Made by a program: the position numbers and the translations under genes. The notes beneath the pieces were generated by a model that had not been told where the DNA came from, searched no databases, and saw nothing but the letters and a program-made list of their open reading frames with translations. A DNA stretch of 64,000 nucleotides, from NCBI GenBank assembly GCA_918234285.1, contig CAKJXZ020000003.1:64001-128000 (forward strand). Reading direction: 5' to 3'. This document shows, piece after piece, positions 20,164-28,982 of this stretch. How positions within the stretch are numbered: position 1 is the stretch's first letter; each line of letters opens with the position of its first letter. Source of the stretch: Pseudomonadota bacterium (lineage in GTDB: Bacteria; Pseudomonadota; Alphaproteobacteria; RF32; CAG-239).

Positions 20164-20238
20164 GGTCCCATCGTCTAGTGGTTAGGACGCGGCCCTCTCA
20201 AGGCTGCAACACGAGTTCAAATCTCGTTGGGATCACCA
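20164..20238 (+). tRNA. tRNA-Glu(CTC)
   Basis: Cloverleaf, anticodon loop CTCTCAA, GTTCAAATC, CCA. Confidence 0.96.
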
Positions 20239-20275
20239 ATAAAAAAACTCTCTCTTGCGGGGAGTTTTTTTTATT
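20239..20275 (+). terminator. Terminator after tRNA-Glu
   Basis: A7-CTCTC...GGGAG-T8 hairpin. Confidence 0.75.
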
Positions 20276-20291
20276 GACCCGAATTTCCGTG

Positions 20292-20520
20292 CGAGATTTG
20301 AACGAGGTACGCGGCCTCCTGAAAAGATACCTTAATGTATGTTTTCAGGAGGAGACGCAATGAAACTTAATTGAGCAAGAGAAGCGACAGCAACCGTGGC
20401 GAAATTTTGTTGGAATTGGGAGGAAAATCTAAATTAACAATCGAGTGCCCGAAGCGAAGTTAACGATTGGCAAGCGACAGCGTCGACAGAGTTCACAAAG
20501 CAATACACCATTAAAAAACT
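20292..20520 (+). mobile_element. tRNA-Glu-linked structured element (same family as 54787-54949)
   Basis: Antisense T arm CGAGATTTGAAC, then GGCGAA..CGAGTGCCCGAAGCGAAGTTAACGATTG..CACAAAGCAATA, then a CACCA-TTAAAAAACT relic of the tRNA 3' end. Confidence 0.65.
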
Positions 20521-20547
20521 TGACAAAGCAAACCGATATTTTATAAT
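20520..20547 (+). promoter_or_regulatory. Consensus sigma70 promoter
   Basis: TTGACA-16 nt-TATAAT. Confidence 0.7.
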
Positions 20548-20581
20548 CGGCGCAAATTTGCATTATTTATTTGTTACAATT

Positions 20582-20974
20582 ATGACACAGTTTGAAGAAT
20601 TATTACTCAAAACCGGCAATCCGGATTTGATTTGTGCTTTTATCCGTGAGCACAGGGAAAACTTAAGTAAAGACTTCGCTCAAAACTTTGAGTTTTACTG
20701 CGAACAAACGAAACGTAAACTGGCCGATGTATGCTTTGATACGGATATTCAGGATATGAAAATCAAGGAATTTCTGGATATCTACGGCTGGGATATGTCA
20801 CCATCCACCAAATCGCGCGTTTGCAACTGGTTACCCTATGCCAATATTAAAACCGTGCGGGATTTGTTGCAGTACAGCTATATAGAGCTTGCCCGCATAT
20901 ATGGCCTGGGTTCAAGATCCGTAATACTGCTGGAAAAGGCTATTGAAAAAGCAGGTTATCAACTTAGGGATTAA
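20582..20974 (+). CDS. Protein with a C-terminal RNA polymerase alpha-CTD-like domain
   Basis: SRVCNWL..ANIKTVRDLLQYS..EL.RI.GLG.RS...L....GY.L pattern. Confidence 0.7.
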   Translation: MTQFEELLLKTGNPDLICAFIREHRENLSKDFAQNFEFYCEQTKRKLADVCFDTDIQDMKIKEFLDIYGWDMSPSTKSRVCNWLPYANIKTVRDLLQYSYIELARIYGLGSRSVILLEKAIEKAGYQLRD

Positions 20975-20977
20975 CGC

Positions 20978-21011
20978 AAAAAAGGCTTGTCACTTTTGAC
21001 AAGCCTTTTTT
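20978..21011. terminator. Bidirectional terminator
   Basis: AAAAAAGGCTTGTCA/TGACAAGCCTTTTTT. Confidence 0.85.
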
Positions 21012-21027
21012 GTGCGAGCAAAATCGC

Positions 21028-21630
21028 TTAGAAATCGTATCTCACACCGAGCATAATCTCGTGAGAACGCGGCTTGTATTCAAGCTTTTCATACGCAATA
21101 TTCGGAATGCGATATTCTTTATCGAAATCACCGTAGGTAATATAACGATAACCTAAGTCAATACTGGCATGAGTACTAATTCTGTAACCGACACCGGCGC
21201 CGAGTTGCATGGCCAGACCGTCATCTTTAATACTGCCGCCGCGGCCTTCAAATTCGGCACATCCCCAACCTAAGCCGACACCGACATAAGGCACAAACGG
21301 ACTTTTTAAATCAAAGTCGTAATAAACATTGAACAATGCGCCCTGAGTTTTGATTTTTACATCATCTTTTTTGGCATCGGTATTTTTGGTATATTCCAGT
21401 TCAAGCCGGAAATCGCCGTTCATAACCTTATAAATATGGCCGACAGCCAAAGAGCCGCCCCATACTTCATCATTAAAATCTTGCTTGCCTTCGGCAACTC
21501 CCGTCATTTTTATCTCGTTACGGGAAAAGCCGTATTTTGCTTTTGCCGCCACATAAGGATTAAATTGAAAAGCTGAGGCATTTGCAGCCGCCAAGCATAC
21601 TATACCCGCCAGTAATAAGATTTTTTTCAT
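21028..21630 (-). CDS. Small outer-membrane beta-barrel (opacity/OmpA-like porin family)
   Basis: Signal peptide, RLELEY, NVYYDF, PYVGVGLG, DLGYRY, terminal GVRYDF. Confidence 0.88.
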   Translation of the reverse strand: MKKILLLAGIVCLAAANASAFQFNPYVAAKAKYGFSRNEIKMTGVAEGKQDFNDEVWGGSLAVGHIYKVMNGDFRLELEYTKNTDAKKDDVKIKTQGALFNVYYDFDLKSPFVPYVGVGLGWGCAEFEGRGGSIKDDGLAMQLGAGVGYRISTHASIDLGYRYITYGDFDKEYRIPNIAYEKLEYKPRSHEIMLGVRYDF

Positions 21631-21814
21631 AGCTGTCATCCTTTATTCGTTAAAACACGAAAGATAAATCTTTCAGCTACATTAGATATTTATTTCTTGT
21701 TGATGTCAAATCAAAAAATTTTACAAAATATAACAAACTCCGCCCGCATTCACAGATGATTGACAACTGTCGTTTCGATTGCTATAAATGCATTCAACAG
21801 AGGTATATATAAAA

Positions 21815-22273
21815 ATGGCTGCTGCAATTAAATTTTGTTTGCCGACAGGAGAATGGTGGTTTTTGAGTCCGTATGCCGCCTTTCCGATAAAAATGGAAGT
21901 TGACGGAAATTTTTATACTTTTCCGACAGTTGAACATTATTATCAGGCAATGAAATTTTATGCCGCCGACAAGCGCTTTGCAAAAATTATCGCCCTCAAA
22001 AACCCCGACGAGGCCAGATTACTCACCAAAACACCGAAATATCAAGTCAATCGCCGGCTCGATTTTGCAGAAAATAAATTTGCGATTATGGAAGCGGGAC
22101 TGCGTGCCAAATTTACGCAAAACCCCGATGCCGCCGAAATGTTGAAAAATACCGGTACCGCCGTCCTGATGAAGTCTTGCCCCGTATGTTATAAATGCGG
22201 TTTCGGTATCGGTTGCGGCCATAATCGCATGGGAAAAATTTTAATGCAAATCCGCCAAGAAATTTCCGAATAA
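21815..22273 (+). CDS. NADAR (YbiA-like) family protein, Cys-substituted variant
   Basis: FPTVEHYYQAMKF, LRAKFTQNP, TG, G.NRMGKILMQIR. Confidence 0.85.
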   Translation: MAAAIKFCLPTGEWWFLSPYAAFPIKMEVDGNFYTFPTVEHYYQAMKFYAADKRFAKIIALKNPDEARLLTKTPKYQVNRRLDFAENKFAIMEAGLRAKFTQNPDAAEMLKNTGTAVLMKSCPVCYKCGFGIGCGHNRMGKILMQIRQEISE

Positions 22274-22322
22274 AAAAGCAACTCGCCGAACACCATGCGA
22301 GTTGCTTTTCCACATCAAAAAA

Positions 22323-22766
22323 TTACTTTTTCGAGGATGATTTTCTGGCCGTAGGTTTCTTAGCCGCCACGGCATTTTTAGCCTCTGTTTTTTTAGCCGC
22401 CACAGCATTTCTTGCTTCTATTTTTTTGGTTGCCGCAGCACTTCTGGTTGCAGTCTTTCTAGCCATTGCCGCCTCTTTTTTAGCCGCGACTTTTGCTGCT
22501 TTTTTCTCCGCCACTGCCGCTCTTTTAGCTGCTTGTTTCTCTGCTTCCGTCGCTTTTTTAGCCGCTTCCTCCTTTGCTGCCGCCGCTTTCTTAGCCGCTT
22601 CCGCCTCTGCAACTTTTTCTGCCGCTGCTGTTCTTTGAGCTACAGTTCTATTTATTTCTGCCGATAAAGAATTATCTTCCATTTTATTCGAATTAATAGT
22701 AATTTGCGCATTTGCCAAACCGATAGTCATAAACACTGCGCCAAAAATGATTATCAAGCCCTTCAT
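22323..22766 (-). CDS. Secreted Ala/Lys-rich low-complexity protein
   Basis: Signal peptide ending ANA; many AAKK repeats; GGAGG RBS. Confidence 0.7.
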   Translation of the reverse strand: MKGLIIIFGAVFMTIGLANAQITINSNKMEDNSLSAEINRTVAQRTAAAEKVAEAEAAKKAAAAKEEAAKKATEAEKQAAKRAAVAEKKAAKVAAKKEAAMARKTATRSAAATKKIEARNAVAAKKTEAKNAVAAKKPTARKSSSKK

Positions 22767-22954
22767 CTGTGCCTCCGTTACAAATTTTCAATAATGATGT
22801 TTTATCACAATAAATTTTAATTGTCTAATTAAAAGTTTCGGCAATAATCAACATTTTTCGAATAATCCGTGTGCAGGTTGATAATTTATTTGTTTTTATT
22901 GAATCGCCGGCAAATCGGAGTATGATATGCAAAACAACAGTGAAAGGGAAACAA

Positions 22955-23785
22955 ATGTCTCGAACGGTTTTATTGATGGTGGCATTAATGCTGCTGTTTA
23001 TGTATGTCGGCAATCTCCTCGGCGGAGAAGAAGGTATGAAATCAGCGTTTTTGGCGGCTTGTGCCATGAACTTTGTCAGCTATTTTTTCAGCGACAAACT
23101 GGTCTTAAAACAATATAGCGCTAAAGAAGCCACGGCACAGACAGCTCCGGAACTGTATCAGATTGTGCAGCGGCTTTCCGCCAAAGCCGGTTTACCGATG
23201 CCGAAAGTATACGTTATTCCGGAACAGGTGCCGAATGCTTTTGCTACCGGCCGTAGCCCGAGCCATGCCGCAGTTGCCGCCACTCAAGGCTTACTTAATT
23301 TAATGACGCCGGAAGAAATCGAGGGAGTTTTGGCCCACGAAATGAGCCATGTCAAACATCGTGATATTCTTATCGGCACCATTGCCGCAACTTTTGCCGG
23401 CGCCGTCGCCATGCTGGCCAATATGACCCGATCAAGCTCAGGCAAGCAAAGTTCTTCCGGCAGTCGTCCCGGGATTTTGGCGGCGATATTGATGCCGATT
23501 GCCGCCACCATTATACGTATGACTATTTCACGCACCAGAGAATATAAAGCTGATGAAGGCGCCGCTTATCTGACCGGTCATCCCGAATGGCTGATGAGCG
23601 CACTTTCCAAACTCGAAGGATATTCACAAAATTATCAAATGCAGAATGCTACTTCGCAAACCGCACACATGTTCATTGTCAATCCGTTTAACGGCCTGAG
23701 CAGCATATCACGGTTGTTTGCTACTCACCCGAGCACTAAAGACAGGCTGACCGCATTGGATAATATCCGCAAAAAAATGCACTAA
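22955..23785 (+). CDS. htpX: Zinc metalloprotease HtpX
   Basis: PNAFATGR, GVLAHEMSH, SRTREYKAD, FATHP. Confidence 0.92.
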   Translation: MSRTVLLMVALMLLFMYVGNLLGGEEGMKSAFLAACAMNFVSYFFSDKLVLKQYSAKEATAQTAPELYQIVQRLSAKAGLPMPKVYVIPEQVPNAFATGRSPSHAAVAATQGLLNLMTPEEIEGVLAHEMSHVKHRDILIGTIAATFAGAVAMLANMTRSSSGKQSSSGSRPGILAAILMPIAATIIRMTISRTREYKADEGAAYLTGHPEWLMSALSKLEGYSQNYQMQNATSQTAHMFIVNPFNGLSSISRLFATHPSTKDRLTALDNIRKKMH

Positions 23786-23839
23786 TCGAGTTTATATAAA
23801 ACGAAAACCCCGGCATCTGTTCAATGCAGGGGTTTTTGC

Positions 23840-24196
23840 TTATTTGCGCCGTTTTATACCGTTGATTGCATATACAACAGCACAGGCCATCGGCACTAAA
23901 TAAAACCAATAGGTACCGATTTGCGTAATTCCGCCGCGAACTTGGGCCGAGAGGGTCAAGATCATCAAACCGATAATAATGAACAGAGTGGCAAACCAAT
24001 ACATCGAGGCATTATTCAGTTTTCGACGCTCTTCTTGGCGATAGGTTTTTTCGGCGGCAGAAAGCCTCATCTCACCATCATTCTGACGCCACCACGGATT
24101 CTTCTTTTTCCAGCTCAAATCGTAATAGAGCATTACTAACGTGGCAACGATTGCCGTCAAAATAAACGGCATGCAAATAATTCTGATTTCCTCCAT
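23840..24196 (-). CDS. Hypothetical membrane protein (3 TM); start uncertain
   Basis: Hydrophobic ORF convergent with htpX; shared terminator at about 23804-23837. Confidence 0.55.
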   Translation of the reverse strand: MEEIRIICMPFILTAIVATLVMLYYDLSWKKKNPWWRQNDGEMRLSAAEKTYRQEERRKLNNASMYWFATLFIIIGLMILTLSAQVRGGITQIGTYWFYLVPMACAVVYAINGIKRRK

Positions 24197-24280
24197 AATG
24201 ATTGATTTATTTACATAATTATTCAGATTGTAAAACCAATGTAACATATTCAATGATTATTGCAAGGAATATTTTGTGAT

Positions 24281-24554
24281 TGCCGCGGTGTACCCCCGCA
24301 ACAAGAAAAAAGTCGATTAAAGAGCTTAATACGAAGAACGCCGTCTTGCGCGGTGTTCTGCAAAAGGAAAAAACTCGAATAGCGTGTATAAATACGCAGA
24401 AAGTCCTTTGACGCGGTGTACTTCACAACAAAAAAGTCCAGTTTCACAAAAAAACTCTTCTAATGAGGTTAATAGAAGTATACCGACTGCCGCGGTGTAC
24501 AAAGTAGTACATAAGGCAATCGGTATACGATTAGTAACTCACTAGAAGAGTTTT
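24281..24554. repeat. RPE-like palindromic element (full copy 24451-24554) plus stacked half-copies, 3' of rplA
   Basis: AAAACTC...GAGTTTT hairpin with a GTGTAC-loop-GTACA apex; extra CGCGGTGT(A/T)C halves upstream. Confidence 0.85.
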
Positions 24555-24559
24555 CCTAA

Positions 24560-25243
24560 TTAAAGATTTGCGGCATCAACCTTAACGCCCACACCCATAG
24601 TCGAACTGATTGAAATTTTCTTCAAATAAGTTCCTTTCAGGCTGGACGGTTTAGCCTTTAAAATCGTTTCAATGAACAATTTGGCATTGTCATAGATTTG
24701 ATCACTGCTGAAGGAAGCCTTAGCCACACCGGCGTGAACAATACCGTTCTTTTCAACACGATATTGAACTTCACCGGCCTTGGCATTTTTAACAGCGGTA
24801 GCAACATCGGTAGTAACCGTACCGAGTTTCGGGTTCGGCATCAAGCCCTTCGGACCCAACACGCGAGCAACACGACCGGCCATACCCATCATATCCGGAG
24901 TTGCAATACATCTGTCAAAGTCAACCTTGCCGGCCAAGATTGAATCCACCAGGTTCTCGGCACCGATAATATCAGCACCGGCAGCCTTAGCTTCATCAGC
25001 CTTTTCGCCTTGTGCAAACACAGCCACGCGAACGGTTTTGCCATTGCCGTGCGGCAACTGGCAAACACCGCGAATCATTTGATCGGCGTGTTTCGGATCA
25101 ACACCTAAGTTAATTGCCAAATCGATGGTCTCATCGAATTTTGCAGTTGCATTTTCTTTTACGATATTGATAGCGTCTTTCAAGCTGTAAGCCTGGTTCT
25201 TATCAATATTTTTATATGCATTTACTAATCTCTTTCCGCTCAT
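24560..25243 (-). CDS. rplA: 50S ribosomal protein L1
   Basis: [32 protein letters not shown]. Confidence 0.98.
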   Translation of the reverse strand: MSGKRLVNAYKNIDKNQAYSLKDAINIVKENATAKFDETIDLAINLGVDPKHADQMIRGVCQLPHGNGKTVRVAVFAQGEKADEAKAAGADIIGAENLVDSILAGKVDFDRCIATPDMMGMAGRVARVLGPKGLMPNPKLGTVTTDVATAVKNAKAGEVQYRVEKNGIVHAGVAKASFSSDQIYDNAKLFIETILKAKPSSLKGTYLKKISISSTMGVGVKVDAANL

Positions 25244-25247
25244 CGAC

Positions 25248-25685
25248 TTACTCCGTTACTTCAATACCCATGGAAACAGCCTGACCTTTAACCATATTCA
25301 TGGCGGATTCAACTGTTGAGCAGTTCAAATCCGGCATTTTGGTGGTGGCAATTTCTTTAACTTGCGCTAAAGTGATTTTGCCGGCAGACTTTTTGCCCGG
25401 TTCTTTAGATGCAGATTGAACACCGGCGGCTTTCTTAATCAAATAAGAAACCGGCGGCAACTTGGTGATGAACGTAAAGCTCTTATCATCGTAAGCGGTA
25501 ATGATTACCGGCACCGGAACACCCGGCTCGATTTTTTGCGTTTGTGCATTAAATGCTTTACAAAATTCCATAATGTTTAAGCCTTTTTGGCCCAAAGCAG
25601 GACCTACCGGCGGAGACGGATTCGCCTTACCCGCAGGTATTTGCAGCTTAATCAGACCTAAAATTTTCTTTTTAGATTTAGCCAT
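25248..25685 (-). CDS. rplK: 50S ribosomal protein L11
   Basis: [21 protein letters not shown]. Confidence 0.98.
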   Translation of the reverse strand: MAKSKKKILGLIKLQIPAGKANPSPPVGPALGQKGLNIMEFCKAFNAQTQKIEPGVPVPVIITAYDDKSFTFITKLPPVSYLIKKAAGVQSASKEPGKKSAGKITLAQVKEIATTKMPDLNCSTVESAMNMVKGQAVSMGIEVTE

Positions 25686-25703
25686 TTTATACCTCTCTTA
25701 GGT

Positions 25704-25735
25704 TTGTGGTAAAGACAATGGCTTGTCCCCCACAA
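25704..25735 (-). promoter_or_regulatory. Putative L1-binding autoregulatory hairpin in the rplK leader
   Basis: UUGUGG-GG-GACAA-gcca-UUGUC-UUUA-CCACAA: two stems around an asymmetric internal loop just before the RBS, as in known L1 operators. Confidence 0.6.
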
Positions 25736-25980
25736 TATTATTAACACAAAACACCTCAAAAGACGATTCTCTCTCAAGATGCCTGCTCTGTATAACACAT
25801 AAAGCGAAAATTGCAAGCATTTTTTTACTCATCGGCGCAAAAAAAAACGCCCGACCGAGCAAAATTTAAGTTGTCTCGTTTTATTGTTAACTTTTATCGA
25901 CGAAAACAAATTTTTTACTTGATTTTAGACAAAACAGATGTTATATTGAATTTAACAGATGATTTTTTAGGAGAATTAAT

Positions 25981-26715
25981 ATGAAAAATATGGAGATAAT
26001 TCACACCAATCCGGAAAACGGAAATCCGGTTGTTGATGTGCATGAATATCGCGATGTTTTGGCGCACGAGCAAACCCTGAACCATAAAGAAGTTTTTGAA
26101 TATTTTGCTTCCGTTACCGCCAATCCGCATAAAGTTGATGAAATGCTGGATAATCTGTTTCATCAGCCGGCAATGGAACAGGCCTATCGCCTCAGCCGCA
26201 TTGATCCTGACTATGTAGAAGACTTTATTGCCGGAGTTAAGAAATTCCCGGAAATCGATAAAAGAAATCTGATTAATGAATTTTATGCCTCTTATGCCAG
26301 AGCAGCCAGCGCCGAAGAAGGATTTGTCGACGGTTTATCTTCAATCTCCGGCAATGAATGGCAGAGTTTAAGCGAAAACCTGGCAAAGCGTCCGAACCTT
26401 AAGCACCTTTCTCTCAGAATGATGGAGCCGGCAGAAAATATCCTTCCGCCGGATGTTAAACCGATAGAAAAAGAAGGCTTCGGCAAAAAGATTATGCGTT
26501 GGTTTGAAAAGAAAAAAGTCGACACCAAAGGCATGAAAAATATTGCGGCAGGCATCGCAGCTGCGGTTGTATTAACTCCGGCCGCAATGAAGTTGATGAA
26601 ATTAACCGCCAAAGAAGATTTTGCTAAAATCGCCAAGAACGAACAAAAATCCGCTCAACAGAATAATCAGGATATGAGCAAGGTTTATGATATGAACAAA
26701 AATGTTCGCTCTTAA
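25981..26715 (+). CDS. Lineage-specific hypothetical protein, paralog of 2204..2746
   Basis: AGGAG RBS; shared GNPV...EY.DVL..EQTLN and LF.QP.M...Y motifs. Confidence 0.75.
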   Translation: MKNMEIIHTNPENGNPVVDVHEYRDVLAHEQTLNHKEVFEYFASVTANPHKVDEMLDNLFHQPAMEQAYRLSRIDPDYVEDFIAGVKKFPEIDKRNLINEFYASYARAASAEEGFVDGLSSISGNEWQSLSENLAKRPNLKHLSLRMMEPAENILPPDVKPIEKEGFGKKIMRWFEKKKVDTKGMKNIAAGIAAAVVLTPAAMKLMKLTAKEDFAKIAKNEQKSAQQNNQDMSKVYDMNKNVRS

Positions 26716-26734
26716 TTAACAATACTTATAATTC

Positions 26735-26765
26735 AAGCCCCTTGTAACAACAAGGGGCTTTTTTT
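26735..26765. terminator. Intrinsic terminator
   Basis: AAGCCCCTTG/CAAGGGGCTT followed by a T tract. Confidence 0.8.
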
Positions 26766-26781
26766 ATGCTTTGCGGCACAC

Positions 26782-27555
26782 TTATTTAATATAAGGCAAA
26801 GCGTTAACCAAATCTTCTTCGGTATTAATATCGGCCGGAGCTTCCTGCACCAGTTTGATATTATCCACCAACATGGCGCGCACTTCCATCCCGTTTTCGA
26901 GCGCCCGCAGCTGTTCCAAAGCTTCACGTTTTTCGAGCACCCCGGTCGGCAACGACACCATTTTCTGCAGCGATGCCGCTTTGAAAACATAAATACCGAT
27001 GTGATAATACAAATCCTGATTCGGGCATTTTTCCGGATTACGCGTATATGGTGCGGTTGCACGCGTAAAATACAAACAACGTGCCTCTTTTTCGCCTTCT
27101 TTTAACCCCATAATGATTTTTACCACATTCGGATTATTTTTATCTTCCTCAGTTTTAATCAGCATACCGCAAGTGGCAATATCGCAACCGGTACGCTCCA
27201 CCATTTCGACAAGCGGCAACGTAACTTTCGGATCGACATTGATGTTATCGCCCTGAAAATCCACCACTATATCATATTTTGTACCGTCCGGATCCAAAAT
27301 TTTGAGCGCGGCGGCAATTCTGTCAGTACCGCTCGGCAGATTCGGGTCGGTTAAAATCGCGGTTGCGCCAAACTTTTTGCACTCATCGACAATCGCCTGG
27401 TCTCCGGCGGCGATGGCAACATCGGTATCAAGCGCATTTTTAACATTTTCATACACACGTTGCACCATGGTCTTACCGTTAATCACCCGCAACGGCTTAT
27501 TCGGAAGTCTGGTGGCGGCCAATCTGACCGGCATTAAAGTAATTACTCTGCTCAT
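26782..27555 (-). CDS. kdsB: 3-deoxy-manno-octulosonate cytidylyltransferase
   Basis: PVRLAATRLPNKPL, SGTDRI, QGD, HIGIY, LEQLRALENG. Confidence 0.93.
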   Translation of the reverse strand: MSRVITLMPVRLAATRLPNKPLRVINGKTMVQRVYENVKNALDTDVAIAAGDQAIVDECKKFGATAILTDPNLPSGTDRIAAALKILDPDGTKYDIVVDFQGDNINVDPKVTLPLVEMVERTGCDIATCGMLIKTEEDKNNPNVVKIIMGLKEGEKEARCLYFTRATAPYTRNPEKCPNQDLYYHIGIYVFKAASLQKMVSLPTGVLEKREALEQLRALENGMEVRAMLVDNIKLVQEAPADINTEEDLVNALPYIK

Positions 27556-27569
27556 TTTTTCGTCCTTTG

Positions 27570-28001
27570 TTAAAGTTGACCGTATTTAATATCTTTGGCT
27601 TGCGCCGTAAATTCTGCCTTTATTTTGGCGATAATCTCCGCTTTTTGAGCCGGATCATATTTGCCGGTAGTGCGGTTCCACACCGTATCCGGCCACTCCG
27701 GATCGCCCTTTTGGCGACACACGATATGCACATGCAGTTGCGGCGTCATATTACCAATCATTGCCACATTATCCTGGTCACAAGGAAAAAGCTTAAACAT
27801 TACGCTCTCCGCCAAGGCAATTTCCCGCATCAGCTGAAACCTTTCATCCATGCTCAGATTCGTCATGTTTTTGGTATTTTCTTTTTTCGGCACCAAAAAA
27901 ATCCACGGATAATGCTTATTATCCTCAAACAGAACGCGACACAATTTCAAATCCGTAATATAGTCTTTGGCCGCAAGTCCCGCCACAAGTTGAAAAGCCA
28001 T
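27570..28001 (-). CDS. HIT family protein
   Basis: IGNMTPQLHVHIV, YPW..LVP, D..WP..VW. Confidence 0.9.
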   Translation of the reverse strand: MAFQLVAGLAAKDYITDLKLCRVLFEDNKHYPWIFLVPKKENTKNMTNLSMDERFQLMREIALAESVMFKLFPCDQDNVAMIGNMTPQLHVHIVCRQKGDPEWPDTVWNRTTGKYDPAQKAEIIAKIKAEFTAQAKDIKYGQL

Positions 28002-28982
28002 TTACAGTCCTCCCACACTTTTGATTTGTATAATCTGTTGTACATCAATATTTTGCTCGGTGCAAAGACTTTTCACGGTTTTTCCGTTGGAAATTTCTTC
28101 CGCCGTCACTCCGGTTTCGACACACAAAATCGGGGCAATTCCCGCATTGACGGCGCCCTTAATATCGGTACGCACCGTATCCCCTATCATACAGGTTCGT
28201 TTTTTATTGACGGCAATTCCGTTTTCTTTCAGCAAAGCAAACGTATAATCATAAATATTGGCGTGCGGCTTGCCGTATTCCACTACCTCGGCGCCGCGTT
28301 CTCTGAACATTTCGGCAATGGTACCGTTGCGCACCACAAACACCGCCTCTTTTTCCGGCACCAACGGATGCCCTTCTTTGGCAGTAAAATCCGGATTGGC
28401 ATTTAAGACAGGCAAACCCAAACTGACCGCTTTCTCCACACGTGCGACAAACGGCTCGGCCGTGGTGGTATCCCATACTCTGCGCCCGTCGCTCTCGTTA
28501 TTTTTTACCGGCCAATACATATCTTTATATTGCGGATACGCTGCCACATCTTCCTCATATAAAAACGGCACACCGCAATATATAAAGTCGGCTTCTTCCA
28601 TTGTGGCAACTTCTTGATACGGCGTATCGGCAAAAGCTTTACCGTGCGGTTTACCGATTACATAATATTTGCGCGGATGCAAACATTTTGCAAAAACAAT
28701 ATCGGTTCTTATCAAATGCTGCCGCAACACATCGCCCGACGACAGCATATAATTATAATCCCGCCCTTGTATCATTCCGCGCTTGCCGTAACTGCCGATT
28801 AAATCTTCTGCCATTTGCGTCGAATTTGAAATCACAACCACCGTTTTGCCCTGCGCAACCAACGCTCGCATCGTTTCCAAACTGCCGGCATAAAACTTGT
28901 TTCCTTCCCAAAAAACACCGTAGGCATCAAACAAGAACAAATCAAAACCGGCGGATATTTCGGCCAAATTATTATAAATCAT
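28002..28982 (-). CDS. HAD-superfamily IIA hydrolase (TIGR01459-like)
   Basis: FDAYGV, SNS, NANPD, YGKPH..IY, MIGDTVRTDI.GA. Confidence 0.88.
   Translation of the reverse strand: MIYNNLAEISAGFDLFLFDAYGVFWEGNKFYAGSLETMRALVAQGKTVVVISNSTQMAEDLIGSYGKRGMIQGRDYNYMLSSGDVLRQHLIRTDIVFAKCLHPRKYYVIGKPHGKAFADTPYQEVATMEEADFIYCGVPFLYEEDVAAYPQYKDMYWPVKNNESDGRRVWDTTTAEPFVARVEKAVSLGLPVLNANPDFTAKEGHPLVPEKEAVFVVRNGTIAEMFRERGAEVVEYGKPHANIYDYTFALLKENGIAVNKKRTCMIGDTVRTDIKGAVNAGIAPILCVETGVTAEEISNGKTVKSLCTEQNIDVQQIIQIKSVGGL

Noticed and set aside
22323-22766. TolA or histone H1-like protein
   Set aside because: Similarity is only low-complexity Ala/Lys; it has a cleavable signal peptide and no TolA C-terminal domain.
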